IMG/VR virus record: IMGVR_UViG_2061766007_000920
Source: an uncultured virus (IMG/VR IMGVR_UViG_2061766007_000920)
Taxonomy: Duplodnaviria; Heunggongvirae; Uroviricota; Caudoviricetes
Strand: one strand, 5' to 3'
DNA: 64,000 nt
Shown in pieces: positions 9,187 to 18,863 of this stretch; positions within the stretch are counted from its first letter, which is position 1; each line of letters begins with the position of its first letter. Position numbers and translations under genes: made by a program. The notes under the pieces are model-generated. The model was not told the origin of the DNA and searched no databases. It was given only the letters and a program-made list of their open reading frames with translations.

Positions 9187-11173
9187 ACTTGCTAAAGCTT
9201 ATGTTCAAATTATTCCTTCAGCTAAAGGAATTGGAAACTCAATTTCAAGCGCTTTAGGCGGTGAAGCTACAAACGCCGGTAAAAGCGCTGGGTTAAATAT
9301 AGCGGGCGCAATAAAGGGCGCTATTGCGGCGGCTGGAATTGGTGCGGCAATTAAAACAGCTCTTTCGGCCGGTGGCGATCTTCAGCAATCTTTCGGCGGC
9401 CTTGATACAATTTACGACACGGCGGCAGAAGGTGCGAAAAAGTACGCGGCAGAAGCGGCAAAAGCTGGAATATCAGCCAATTCGTACGCGGAGCAAGCTG
9501 TTTCTTTTGGTGCGGCTTTAAAGCAAGCTTATGGCTCTGATCTGAACGGAGCAATGGAAGCGGCAAACGTCGCAATTCTTGATATGGCTGATAATAGCGC
9601 AAAAATGGGTACAGACATAGGCTCGATACAAACAGCTTATCAAGGCTTTGCAAAGCAAAATTATACAATGCTTGATAACCTTAAGCTTGGATATGGTGGC
9701 ACTAAGGCAGAAATGGAAAGGCTTCTAAAAAATGCCGAAGAGATTTCAGGCGTTAAGTATGATATTAATAACCTTGGTGACGTATATAGCGCAATCCATG
9801 AAATTCAAACAGATTTAGGGCTTACAGGTGTAGCCGCAAAGGAAGCTGAAACAACTTTAACAGGTTCCTTTGGAGCTATGAAAGCCGCCGGCCAAAATCT
9901 TCTTGCTAACCTTGCTCTTGGTGAAGATATAAAACCCGCGCTTGATGTTCTGGGGCAAACAGTGCAAACTTTTCTTTTTAATAATCTTTTGCCGATGTTT
10001 GGGAATATTTTACAGGCACTTCCGGATGTATTGAACGGTATAACTCCAATCATCATAGGCACGTTAAACCATCTATCAAATAACGCCTCTGAGATTGCTC
10101 AAACTGGGGTTAGTATAGTGACAGCTCTAATTGAAGGTATAGTTTCAGCGCTTCCGTATCTTGTGGAAGCGGCTCTTAGAATCGTTATGGAGCTGGGAAA
10201 AGGCTTGATTAATACTGATTGGAGTAAAATCGGTAACGATATGCTTAACAGCCTTGGAAATTCTCTTGATCTTGCGGCTATGGAGATTTTGGGTACAGAT
10301 GGTTCAATCGTTGATGGAATATTTAACGGTATTACAAATGCCCTTCCTAAGATTCTGGATGTTGCCGTAAACATAATCACAAATTTAGCAAACGGATTGC
10401 TTTCGGCGCTTCCGACCGTCATAACAACAGCGGGAAATATACTTACAGGGCTCTTGCAGTTCTTTTATCAGAATGCCCCACAGCTCTTAAGCTCAGGAAT
10501 TACCTTACTTTTCAATCTGTCTCAAGGTATTATACAGAGCCTTCCGAGCGTGATTCAAAGTGCGGTTTCAGTGCTTCAGGGCGTGCTAAGTACGATAACA
10601 AGTAATGCCCCTCAGTTCTTGGCTCAAGGAATTGCTTTAATCGGCCAGATAGCGGCTGGATTTATCCGCTCTATCCCTACAGTGGTAGCCGCAATTCCCA
10701 AGATCATACAGAGTATCGTTAACGGCTTTGGAAGTTTTGATTGGCCTTCAATTGGTGTCAATCTGATTAAGGGAATCGCTAAAGGCTTGAAGGATGCGGC
10801 GGGCTTAATTGTTGATGCGGCAAAAGATGCGGCAAAAAGCGCGTTTGATGCGGCAAAAGAAGCCCTTGGAATATCATCACCGGCAACAACCGGTATATAT
10901 GTAGGTGAAATGTTTGATCTTGGTATAGCTAGAGGTATATCGAAAGATAGAGCAATAGTTAGTGATGCTATTGAGGGGTTAGATCAGCAACTTATAAGCG
11001 GTATTAATACAAATCCGTCCTTCAACTTCCAGCAATCTAATAATGATTCTAAGATTGACACGCTTATAGCTCTTCTTAGTAATTATTTGCCTCAGATTGC
11101 GGAAAAAGAAGGTATATCAATGAATGATCTGTTTAACGGAATCAATAGGCAATTAGGCTGGGGGCTTCAGTAA
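9176..11173 (+). CDS. Tape measure protein
   Basis: 665 aa Ala/Gly-rich, AYVQIIPS start, YQGFAKQNYTMLDNLKLGYGGTK motif, amphipathic repeats, LGISSP near end. Confidence 0.92.
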   Translation: MATELAKAYVQIIPSAKGIGNSISSALGGEATNAGKSAGLNIAGAIKGAIAAAGIGAAIKTALSAGGDLQQSFGGLDTIYDTAAEGAKKYAAEAAKAGISANSYAEQAVSFGAALKQAYGSDLNGAMEAANVAILDMADNSAKMGTDIGSIQTAYQGFAKQNYTMLDNLKLGYGGTKAEMERLLKNAEEISGVKYDINNLGDVYSAIHEIQTDLGLTGVAAKEAETTLTGSFGAMKAAGQNLLANLALGEDIKPALDVLGQTVQTFLFNNLLPMFGNILQALPDVLNGITPIIIGTLNHLSNNASEIAQTGVSIVTALIEGIVSALPYLVEAALRIVMELGKGLINTDWSKIGNDMLNSLGNSLDLAAMEILGTDGSIVDGIFNGITNALPKILDVAVNIITNLANGLLSALPTVITTAGNILTGLLQFFYQNAPQLLSSGITLLFNLSQGIIQSLPSVIQSAVSVLQGVLSTITSNAPQFLAQGIALIGQIAAGFIRSIPTVVAAIPKIIQSIVNGFGSFDWPSIGVNLIKGIAKGLKDAAGLIVDAAKDAAKSAFDAAKEALGISSPATTGIYVGEMFDLGIARGISKDRAIVSDAIEGLDQQLISGINTNPSFNFQQSNNDSKIDTLIALLSNYLPQIAEKEGISMNDLFNGINRQLGWGLQ

Positions 11174-12006
11174 TGAGAACATTTAGATTATATGATAATG
11201 ATGGTAACAGATATAACTTAACGTCACGAGATCATCTTTTTTTCTATGCTGTTGATGGTCTTGGGTTCGCTCAGGAAGCTGAATTCCAGAGAATAGAAGA
11301 GAGGTTTGCGCTTCTTGATAGCCATGTTGCACAGGGGAAGGTTGAAGGCACAATTAAGTTTTGGCAACCAGAGGCAGAGCTTCAATACTTCAATTTTTCC
11401 CAGTTTTGCCAAAACAAGCCCATTACTATGGATTATAACAACAACTACGGAACTTACTCGCGTAAGGGAATAATCACTAAGGTAGTAAGGGGCGACGGTG
11501 ACGGGAACGAACTCAGAATAAAGATAGAGTTTACAGCTCTTACGCCTTGGTATAAGACGGTATCAGAATACAATGAGGGTACGATAGTAGGCGGTAAGGT
11601 ATACAACTACACGTATGATTATACATACTCTGATAGTGTTGTTAACACGGTTTCGATTGATTCTGATTCGTATCAGAGTAGCCCCGTAAGGCTTATTATT
11701 TTTGGCGAAGCTGTTAATCCTACTTGGAGGCACTATCTTAATAATGTATTGGTTTCGAGCGGAAAGGTTAACGGTACAGTGCTTGCAAATCACAGGCTCA
11801 TTATTGATACAACAACGATTCCATATAGTATCAAACAAGTTGATATGCTGGGGAATGTTATTTCCGATATGTACCAGCAATCAGATTTTTCAACCCAGAG
11901 ATTTGTGAGATTCGGGCATGGTGTCAACACGGTTACTTTCGGAGCAGACAACACAAACGTGTTAAATGTCGGCGTTGAAGCGGAGATTGAGTATGCAACC
12001 ATATAA
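11173..12006 (+). CDS. Distal tail protein (Dit)
   Basis: Directly after TMP; TPWY motif. Confidence 0.7.
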   Translation: MRTFRLYDNDGNRYNLTSRDHLFFYAVDGLGFAQEAEFQRIEERFALLDSHVAQGKVEGTIKFWQPEAELQYFNFSQFCQNKPITMDYNNNYGTYSRKGIITKVVRGDGDGNELRIKIEFTALTPWYKTVSEYNEGTIVGGKVYNYTYDYTYSDSVVNTVSIDSDSYQSSPVRLIIFGEAVNPTWRHYLNNVLVSSGKVNGTVLANHRLIIDTTTIPYSIKQVDMLGNVISDMYQQSDFSTQRFVRFGHGVNTVTFGADNTNVLNVGVEAEIEYATI

Positions 12007-13069
12007 CATTGAAATTTTCGACACTTCTTTTAATTTAATCCAACATTACAATTCCGGAGTAATTGACTATAAGTTTGACTATCTTTCAACGGTCGAGAAT
12101 TCGGTTTTGGTCGCTTTTAATGACAACGTAAAGAAAGGCGACTATATAAGGCTTGTTAACGATACGGATGATTATTTTGGTTATATAACAGCCATACAGG
12201 TTAATGAATCGGTACAGGGCTTTTCTGAGATCAGATTTAAGCCGTTTATTTCGCTTTTTGATTCGTCAATTCTGTTTGATACAACTTTACAGGGTTCTGG
12301 AACCAGCCTTGAGCAAGCAATCGCTAACTATATTACGGCTTACTGGATTAACAACAGCGATACATCACAGAACATATACGGTCTTACTGTTTCAGTAATC
12401 TCAGTTACTTCCGGTTGGACTTTTCATATAACACCGGATGTAAGCGGCCTTACTAAAGCGATTGTCAACTTTATGAGCTCAATAGTAAGGAGAGCTTTAA
12501 CCAAGTATCAAATAGGCTTATATGTCACGCCTGATTTTCAGAATAAGGCTATTAACGTAGCGATAGGCATAAAAGACGCTTCTACGTTTAACATAGAGGC
12601 AGATTTGCCTTCAGTTATGGAAAAGTCGATTATTCTCAATGAAACGACAGAAGATACAAATAAGCTTGTTATTTACGATCAGGCCGATTTAGCAACGACT
12701 ATAATTTATTACAAGCATCCCGACGGCTCATACAACACATCTAACACGGATAGAATTGTACCGGTTAAATATGCCATGACAAGCGTAGCCGTTGCAAGTG
12801 GTGATACGTTTGCACACGCCGCACAGGATGCCGCAAATAAGCAGTTTGATGTTGATTCGTACAACAACCTTATTGAACTGACCGTTCAGAATGATGATAC
12901 GCTTGTTAATCCTCAGAAAATAAGCATAGGCCAAGCGGTTAACGTCATTACTAACGGAGCATCTTATACATCTATCCTTACAGGGATAGAACGGAGCAGT
13001 AAAACCAAGCTAACATTTGGCTCTATTAGGTTAGACCTTACGAAAATCCTTAAGGGAGGGGGCATATAA
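11993..13069 (+). CDS. Baseplate hub/Tal-like tail protein
   Basis: Synteny after Dit; C-terminal LTFGSIRLDL. Confidence 0.65.
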   Translation: MQPYNIEIFDTSFNLIQHYNSGVIDYKFDYLSTVENSVLVAFNDNVKKGDYIRLVNDTDDYFGYITAIQVNESVQGFSEIRFKPFISLFDSSILFDTTLQGSGTSLEQAIANYITAYWINNSDTSQNIYGLTVSVISVTSGWTFHITPDVSGLTKAIVNFMSSIVRRALTKYQIGLYVTPDFQNKAINVAIGIKDASTFNIEADLPSVMEKSIILNETTEDTNKLVIYDQADLATTIIYYKHPDGSYNTSNTDRIVPVKYAMTSVAVASGDTFAHAAQDAANKQFDVDSYNNLIELTVQNDDTLVNPQKISIGQAVNVITNGASYTSILTGIERSSKTKLTFGSIRLDLTKILKGGGI

Positions 13070-14064
13070 TGGGAATCAATCTTGTTACTTATGCGGCTCA
13101 AACAGTAACGCCGCAAGACGACGCATTAATATATGAAAAAGCTTTACAGGAAAGCGGCATGATCTACGGCGGCACTGTTACGATCAAGAACGCTAATGTA
13201 CTCCATGTTGCGGAAGGCCACGGCGCTTTATGCGGTAGAAAGTTTACTATCGAGGAAACGGATGTTACCGTACCGCTTACGGCTTCCGGTTCCCTTCTTG
13301 GGCGTTTATATATCCATATGGATTTAGCTGATTCCGGAGAGCCTATTTCTTTTCAGGTTGAAACAGCAAACTCATTAACGCCGGTTGTTCAGCAATCCGA
13401 CGTTAATATTAATAATGGTGTGTATGAGATCAATATTGCGACGTTTACCGTTGACACTTCCACGATCAGCAACCTTGTGAACGTAGCACCATTTATTGAT
13501 ATAACCCCAGATTCGGGCTTTAGTGCTCAGAGCAATAATCCTGTTATGAATAAGGTTATCACCAAGGCTTTGGGCGACCCTGAAACAATTGGGGGTAGTG
13601 CAAGCCAGCCATACACTAAAGACGCTTTATTACTTGCCACGGATGGGCAGATTTACGAAGTTACGGCAAATATTGCGCTACATGGTTCAATAGTTAACGG
13701 TGGTAACGTAGCGCCGACAGGCAACATTATTTCGCAAATTAGCAATTTAGCGAACCAATTAAACTTTTCTATTACATCAATGAACTTATCAAGAAGCACA
13801 CTTCCAGCGGGGCAAGGAGTCTCAATCGGAACACTTCCATCAGGCGGTGTGTATCTTGTAAGCGTAAATCTAAGATTACAATCTGGAACTTTTGGAAATG
13901 GTGTCATTGTGTCGCCTTGTGACGGTATTATTCAGAATAATCACGACTATGGGCAACATTTCTGTGTTGCATCTGGTGGCTCTAGCATAATAGTATATAA
14001 CTATTCTGGTAGTCAATTAACGCTACATTCTGGCTCAAGTATAAAATACGTGAAAATCAAATAA
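13069..14064 (+). CDS. Receptor-binding/tail fibre protein with exchangeable C-terminus
   Basis: Last tail gene before lysis; baseplate-anchor-like N-terminus; recombination-like site at codons ~222-229. Confidence 0.75.
   Translation: MGINLVTYAAQTVTPQDDALIYEKALQESGMIYGGTVTIKNANVLHVAEGHGALCGRKFTIEETDVTVPLTASGSLLGRLYIHMDLADSGEPISFQVETANSLTPVVQQSDVNINNGVYEINIATFTVDTSTISNLVNVAPFIDITPDSGFSAQSNNPVMNKVITKALGDPETIGGSASQPYTKDALLLATDGQIYEVTANIALHGSIVNGGNVAPTGNIISQISNLANQLNFSITSMNLSRSTLPAGQGVSIGTLPSGGVYLVSVNLRLQSGTFGNGVIVSPCDGIIQNNHDYGQHFCVASGGSSIIVYNYSGSQLTLHSGSSIKYVKIK
13731..13754 (+). repeat. Left inversion site TTCGCAAATTAGCAATTTAGCGAA
   Basis: 20/24 identical (17 of first 18) to the reverse complement of 14397-14420. 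Confidence 0.75.
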
Positions 14065-14107
14065 ATTGTTAGGACGGTATTTAGCAAAATTTTTCCCATT
14101 AGTATAA

Positions 14108-14420
14108 TCATCTATACTTAATCGCGTTTATATGAGCATATTGAGCAGCCCACCCATAAGCAGTGTTAACCGTAACCCTGATGCGTCCAAGAGAAGGCTC
14201 GAAGATATAATTAGCATCAACGTAATTGTTCGCGGGATTTCCGAAATGCGTCCATATAGTGTTGCCAAAAGGAGTTAATACAATTTGACTCCCAAATCGA
14301 TTTCTTACAACTACATCTTTTGCAGTTTTTAAAACGTTATTCGAATATGAATCAGTAGGGTTGTTAGAGAGGTCGATAGTGTTCCAATTAAAAGAGTTCT
14401 TAAAATTGCTATTTTGCGAA
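14108..14420 (-). CDS. Silent alternative RBP C-terminal cassette (~103 aa)
   Basis: Only antisense ORF in the late operon, no convincing RBS/start, begins at the inverted site, converges on the RBP stop. Confidence 0.72.
14397..14420 (-). repeat. Right inversion site TTCGCAAAATAGCAATTTTAAGAA (minus strand)
   Basis: Inverted copy of 13731-13754 in the same reading frame (SQISNL vs SQNSNF). Confidence 0.75.
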
Positions 14421-14568
14421 CCAAGATTTACCCGCTGATATACCAAAAGTAGGTATAAACAGTAACGCTAATGCTACGTGCAAAGGCTGAATGACGTTTT
14501 TTGCGAACTGAATTAAAACCGAACGTTTAAAGCTTATAAGCAAGACTATTTTAACAAACAATTAATTT

Positions 14569-14594
14569 GGCACCCTGAAAAGGGTGCTTTTATT
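14569..14594 (+). terminator. Rho-independent terminator-like hairpin
   Basis: GCACCCT-GAAA-AGGGTGC then TTTTATT. Confidence 0.65.
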
Positions 14595-14613
14595 ATGAAA
14601 GGAGAAAATAAAA

Positions 14614-14871
14614 ATGGAAACAAAATTTTACGCTCTTGTGATTAGAACATACGACAATGGAACACCTGATAAAACCTCACTATATACATACGATACGCTT
14701 GATGAGGCTATAGCACTGGTTCACACACAGTTCGGGCAGAATGTAGGAGCCGCAACGATTGCGCGTATCATGGCTAAGATAACCAATAGTTTCGGCGCTG
14801 AATATCCTCTTCATACGCTCTATTGGGAGAAGCCAACACCGGAACCGGAGGAACAGGAAGCAACTGAGTAA
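14614..14871 (+). CDS. Hypothetical protein (tail/lysis junction)
   Basis: AAAGGAG RBS, 85 aa, acidic PEPEE tail. Confidence 0.7.
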   Translation: METKFYALVIRTYDNGTPDKTSLYTYDTLDEAIALVHTQFGQNVGAATIARIMAKITNSFGAEYPLHTLYWEKPTPEPEEQEATE

Positions 14872-14892
14872 TTGATTCGGAAAGGTGGCGTT

Positions 14893-15348
14893 ATGCAAAC
14901 TAAAAGTATTTTCTCTTGTGCAATCGGCATAATAGCGGCGTGTTTCACAAATCTATTCGGAGGTTGGAGCTCAGGATTGACAACACTTCTTATATTCATG
15001 GGTATAGACTATTTAAGCGGCCTTGTTGTCGCCGGAGTATTCCAGAAATCTAAGAAGAGCAAGAACGGAGCTTTGGAATCTGGGGTGGGATGGAAAGGAT
15101 TATGCCGTAAAGGTATGACGCTTTTGTTTATCCTCATAGCATACCGCCTTGATCTGATGATAGGAACAAATTATATAAGGGATGCGGTTGTAATCACCTT
15201 CAGTATCAACGAAGTGCTTTCTATTGCCGAGAACGCCGCTTTAATGGGTATACCGTTGCCCACAGTTATTATCAAGTCGCTTGATGTTCTTAAGGATAAA
15301 GCCAACATTGGCGGGGAGGATATTAATGAGCGAAGCAATGGGGATTGA
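14893..15348 (+). CDS. Holin (phage holin 4_1 family-like)
   Basis: Hydrophobic segments, DYLSG, GWKGLCRK, NEVLSIAENA...GIPLP. Confidence 0.88.
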   Translation: MQTKSIFSCAIGIIAACFTNLFGGWSSGLTTLLIFMGIDYLSGLVVAGVFQKSKKSKNGALESGVGWKGLCRKGMTLLFILIAYRLDLMIGTNYIRDAVVITFSINEVLSIAENAALMGIPLPTVIIKSLDVLKDKANIGGEDINERSNGD

Positions 15349-16210
15349 TGTAAGCCATTATCAGGGGCTTATTAATTGGGGATTGGTTAAGGATGAGGGC
15401 AAAAAGTTTGCTATCATGAAATGCCAATATGAAGCCAAAGGGCACCGCAAGGATGAGCAGTTTGATAATAATTACAACGGGTGCGGTTATTACGGCATAG
15501 CAAGGGGCGTATATATCTATATAGCTAGGGCTTCAATGGCTGATATAGAGGGTGACGCTAGAAGCTTACTGAGACACATAGACGGGCGAAAGCTTGAATA
15601 TGGAATATGGCTTGATCTTGAGGATGAGAGCTTAAGAGCCAAAGGTAAGGCATACATTAGGGAGCTTGTTTATAAGTATGCCAGCATCTTTAAAAACGCG
15701 GGTTATTACGTCGGAATATATTGCAATAGGGATTGGTATATAAACCTCATTCACGACAATCTGAAGCATGATTTTGAGTTCTGGATTGCCAGATATCCAA
15801 AACTTGATACCGGCATATATAACCCTTCCTCATTTCTAAAGCCTGATACTTCCCTTGCTGTTGCTTGGCAATATTCAAGCAAAGGAAAGGTTAAGGGCAT
15901 AGATTGCCTCTGTGATCTTGATGTTGATTTTGACGGAGCAATTAACCTGATTGCGGATTTTGACAACTATAACGAGAACCCTTTTAAAGCACCAGAGAGG
16001 ACGCTTAGAAAGGGAATGATTGGCGCTGATATCATGTGGCTTCAGTGGGAACTTGTAATGAGGGGCTATGATCTTGATATAGATGGGATTTTTGGAGAAA
16101 AAACGCAAAAAGCCCTGTTATCTTGCCAAAGCTACGCAAAATTAAAAACGGATGGAATTGCGGGGAATGTTACGATCAGTTACCTCATGCGAAGAGGCGG
16201 GGATATATAA
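15326..16210 (+). CDS. Endolysin, GH25 muramidase with C-terminal peptidoglycan-binding domain
   Basis: GIDVSHYQG, WLDLE, WIARY, WQYSS; LDIDGIFGEKT...DGIAG PG_binding_1-like repeat. Confidence 0.92.
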   Translation: MSEAMGIDVSHYQGLINWGLVKDEGKKFAIMKCQYEAKGHRKDEQFDNNYNGCGYYGIARGVYIYIARASMADIEGDARSLLRHIDGRKLEYGIWLDLEDESLRAKGKAYIRELVYKYASIFKNAGYYVGIYCNRDWYINLIHDNLKHDFEFWIARYPKLDTGIYNPSSFLKPDTSLAVAWQYSSKGKVKGIDCLCDLDVDFDGAINLIADFDNYNENPFKAPERTLRKGMIGADIMWLQWELVMRGYDLDIDGIFGEKTQKALLSCQSYAKLKTDGIAGNVTISYLMRRGGDI

Positions 16211-16338
16211 GCCCGTACTGACATATCACAATTTAATGATATAAGCTATCTTGTAAGGTGGCTGTTAGTGCGGCGATATCCCCTCTGTGATATAATAATC
16301 ATATAGCATACATACCTCTGTATTTATTATTCAGAGAG

Positions 16339-16382
16339 ATAAGCCCGAGAAGTTTGAGAGATACTTCTTGGGCTTATTTTTT
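16339..16382 (+). terminator. Terminator of the lysis operon
   Basis: ATAAGCCCGAGAAGT...ACTTCTTGGGCTTAT followed by a T run. Confidence 0.7.
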
Positions 16383-16521
16383 GTTGTGAAAACAAGTCAA
16401 AAAGAAGTAAAAAGGTTTTAACTTCTTGGCTTTTTGCTTTTAACTTTCTACCATAAACTAAAATCAATAAAATGTATAGAATAATCGACAAAACAAACAC
16501 AAATAAACAAGGTTACATAAA

Positions 16522-16768
16522 TTTCGTGTGCATTTTCGTGTGCATTCGTGAGTAATTGTATTTAGATTTTACTTCTATTTTTTAGAAATGAAGTTTAAAT
16601 AATAGAGTTTAAAAAAGCAGTAACCACGCGGGTTGTAGGGATTTATCCGCGTGGTTACTGAAATGCAAAAATATGTACATTGGAATGCTTATTGGTTTCG
16701 GAAAATAAGGTTGTAAATAGCTTAAAAAGGCGCTTTGTTTTTTTGCGTGTGCATTTTTGTGTGTATTT
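16522..16768. other. attP region with integrase arm-type repeats
   Basis: TTTCGTGTGCAT x2 (16522-16545) and GCGTGTGCATTT/TTGTGTGTATTT (16745-16768) flank a central region with hairpin CAGTAACCACGCGG...CCGCGTGGTTACTG, directly downstream of the integrase. Confidence 0.7.
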
Positions 16769-16770
16769 TG

Positions 16771-17841
16771 TTATTGATTAAAAAATTCATCTTCAATAAA
16801 AGAATTAGCAAGGTTGTTATATTTTCTTGAAGCTTCTGGAAGTTTATCATCATAAAAACGTTGTAAAGCTTTTGAGCCACGTTCCCAGCCGCCCACTTCT
16901 TCTATATATTTCGTCGGTATTTGCAGATCAGAACGAAAACTTGCGGCATAATGTCTTAATGAATGAAAAGAGTAAGATAATCCTAATTTTTTCCCTAAAT
17001 GTTTAAATCTATAATAAATCAAATCATAATTAGTATCTTTAAAAACGAAATCATCTGGATTATCTGATCTAGGTAGCAAATCCATAACTGAAGGCGGTAA
17101 TGTGACAACTCTAATGCTTGAACCAGTTTTCGCCGCCGGTCTATAGAAAAAGTGGTATTTACCGTTTTCGTCTTCAGCCGGTACTATTGTTCCACGAATA
17201 AAAATAGTGTTATCTTCATATGAAATATCTTTAAATCTCAATCCCGCTACTTCTCCACGGCGTAAAGAACCAAAAGCCGCAAGAGCAATCATTGCTTTTA
17301 AATCTCCTTCAGCATTATCTAATAAAAGTTTTATTTCGTGCGTTCGTGGAGCTGTTACTTTTTTGGTATTAACAGAAGGAAGCGTAATTTTAAAATTTGG
17401 ATCAACTTTATAATATCTCATAACTGTTTTTAAAAACTTTAATCTATCCTGTATAGTCGATCTGTTGAGCTTCAAACTCCATTCATTAACCATTTTTTGA
17501 ATGTCCTCATTTTCAATATCATCCAAATGCAAGTTATATATAGAACTAAAAGTTTTTAATTGCTTTTTATAATTATAAGAAGTTGCTTTTGATATAACAT
17601 TTTTCCTATGCTCGATATATTGCTCCATAGCTTCACCAAGAAGAGGTTTTGAATTAGTTTCAATCTTTTTGCTTATTTGCCATTCACGCGCTAATAATTC
17701 AGCTTTTTTCTTTGCTTTTTTTGAATCACCGCCGAATTCTTCTGGTTTTACTGTAAACGATTTTCTGATGATTTTTCCCTTAACTGTTTTAGATGCTTGG
17801 ACACGCCAAGCGCCGCTTGGTAATTTGGTAGCCTTTGCCAT
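16771..17841 (-). CDS. int: Tyrosine integrase
   Basis: LRRGEV, FHSLRH, VGGW, RFY catalytic motifs; N-terminal arm-binding region. Confidence 0.93.
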   Translation of the reverse strand: MAKATKLPSGAWRVQASKTVKGKIIRKSFTVKPEEFGGDSKKAKKKAELLAREWQISKKIETNSKPLLGEAMEQYIEHRKNVISKATSYNYKKQLKTFSSIYNLHLDDIENEDIQKMVNEWSLKLNRSTIQDRLKFLKTVMRYYKVDPNFKITLPSVNTKKVTAPRTHEIKLLLDNAEGDLKAMIALAAFGSLRRGEVAGLRFKDISYEDNTIFIRGTIVPAEDENGKYHFFYRPAAKTGSSIRVVTLPPSVMDLLPRSDNPDDFVFKDTNYDLIYYRFKHLGKKLGLSYSFHSLRHYAASFRSDLQIPTKYIEEVGGWERGSKALQRFYDDKLPEASRKYNNLANSFIEDEFFNQ

Positions 17842-17846
17842 AAAAT

Positions 17847-18233
17847 TTATACTTCCTTTCTTAACTTTCTTAACTGTTTCATAAAATTGATAGTTAGCTC
17901 AATCTCTGAATCAGTACATTTTCTAGCGTTTGATAAAAGCTTTTTTTCGAGAGGCTTTAGCTCTGGGGCTAAGATAATAGGTTTTGGCTTATGCTTCTTA
18001 TTAGCCTTGACCGTAAAGCCGTAATCAAGCTGATAAAAGATATCATCCGGATTGCAGTGCATTCCCTTAGCCGCTTTTTTGATTATGGTAATGCTTGGTA
18101 CAATAGGTTCGCCGCATGTGTTCCTGTTGTTGATAAGCATGTACACATAAGCTTTGGATATGCCTGAATCTTTTACGAATTGCGTCATAGAATTTTTTTC
18201 GGCATATTCTTTTATAAGGTCGCCTAGTGTCAT
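17847..18233 (-). CDS. CI-like repressor (HTH)
   Basis: MTLGDLIK...SGISKAYVYML HTH; divergent from Cro-like gene. Confidence 0.78.
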   Translation of the reverse strand: MTLGDLIKEYAEKNSMTQFVKDSGISKAYVYMLINNRNTCGEPIVPSITIIKKAAKGMHCNPDDIFYQLDYGFTVKANKKHKPKPIILAPELKPLEKKLLSNARKCTDSEIELTINFMKQLRKLRKEV

Positions 18234-18311
18234 GTGCGTTTCCCCTTTCCTTTTTTGTATATGATAATATACAACGCTAGAAAAAATCAATAATTTTTTT
18301 GTTTAATAATA

Positions 18312-18340
18312 TTGACCATTTTTTTTTTTTTTTCTATACT
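18312..18340 (+). promoter_or_regulatory. Lytic sigmaA promoter TTGACC-N17-TATACT with T15 spacer
   Basis: -35 at 18312-18317, A+T15+C spacer 18318-18334, -10 at 18335-18340, upstream of cro. Confidence 0.75.
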
Positions 18341-18388
18341 GATTACAGGCACTTTTTTAACGGAATACTGAAAGGGGGGCAAAGCGGG

Positions 18389-18580
18389 GTGGTTACTAAG
18401 AAAATCAAGAAGCGAAGAAAAGAGTTAAGAATGAGCCAATCGTATTTATCGGAGGTTAGCGGGGTTAATCGAGCGACGCTTTCACAGCTTGAGAGCGGTA
18501 AAGAGATTGATATAAGGATATCTACACTTTTAGCAATCTCAAAAGCGCTTAAGTGTAGCCCAAGCAAACTATTCGATTAA
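18389..18580 (+). CDS. Cro-like XRE HTH regulator
   Basis: KKRRKELRMSQSYLSEVSGVNRATLSQLESG. Confidence 0.88.
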   Translation: MVTKKIKKRRKELRMSQSYLSEVSGVNRATLSQLESGKEIDIRISTLLAISKALKCSPSKLFD

Positions 18581-18595
18581 TTTTTTAAATAAATA

Positions 18596-18611
18596 GTCTA
18601 CAATAGTAGAC
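18596..18611. promoter_or_regulatory. Operator-like palindrome GTCTAC-AATA-GTAGAC
   Basis: Perfect 6-4-6 inverted repeat between cro and the next early gene. Confidence 0.45.
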
Positions 18612-18631
18612 AAAAGGAAAGGGGGATAAGC

Positions 18632-18847
18632 TTGAATGAAGAAGAATTCAGGGGATTAGTACGTAAGTACATGGAATTGCGTCACGTAAGAAGGCTTGAA
18701 GATGTTAGGCTACATACGACTTTATCAAAGGGTACATTCTGTAAGTACTGGCACAATCCAACATTTTTTTCACTTGGTAATGTAATTGATATTTTTGAGT
18801 ATTTAAAGGTTCCACATGAAGAGCGTAGTAAAGTACTGAAAAAGTAG
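18632..18847 (+). CDS. Small early protein, possible HTH
   Basis: AAAGGGGG RBS, TLSKGTF turn-like motif. Confidence 0.55.
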   Translation: MNEEEFRGLVRKYMELRHVRRLEDVRLHTTLSKGTFCKYWHNPTFFSLGNVIDIFEYLKVPHEERSKVLKK

Positions 18848-18863
18848 TACAGGGGGTGAAAAA

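Noticed and set aside
13069..14520. Diversity-generating retroelement acting on the RBP
   Set aside because: No reverse transcriptase and no template/variable repeat pair differing at adenines was seen
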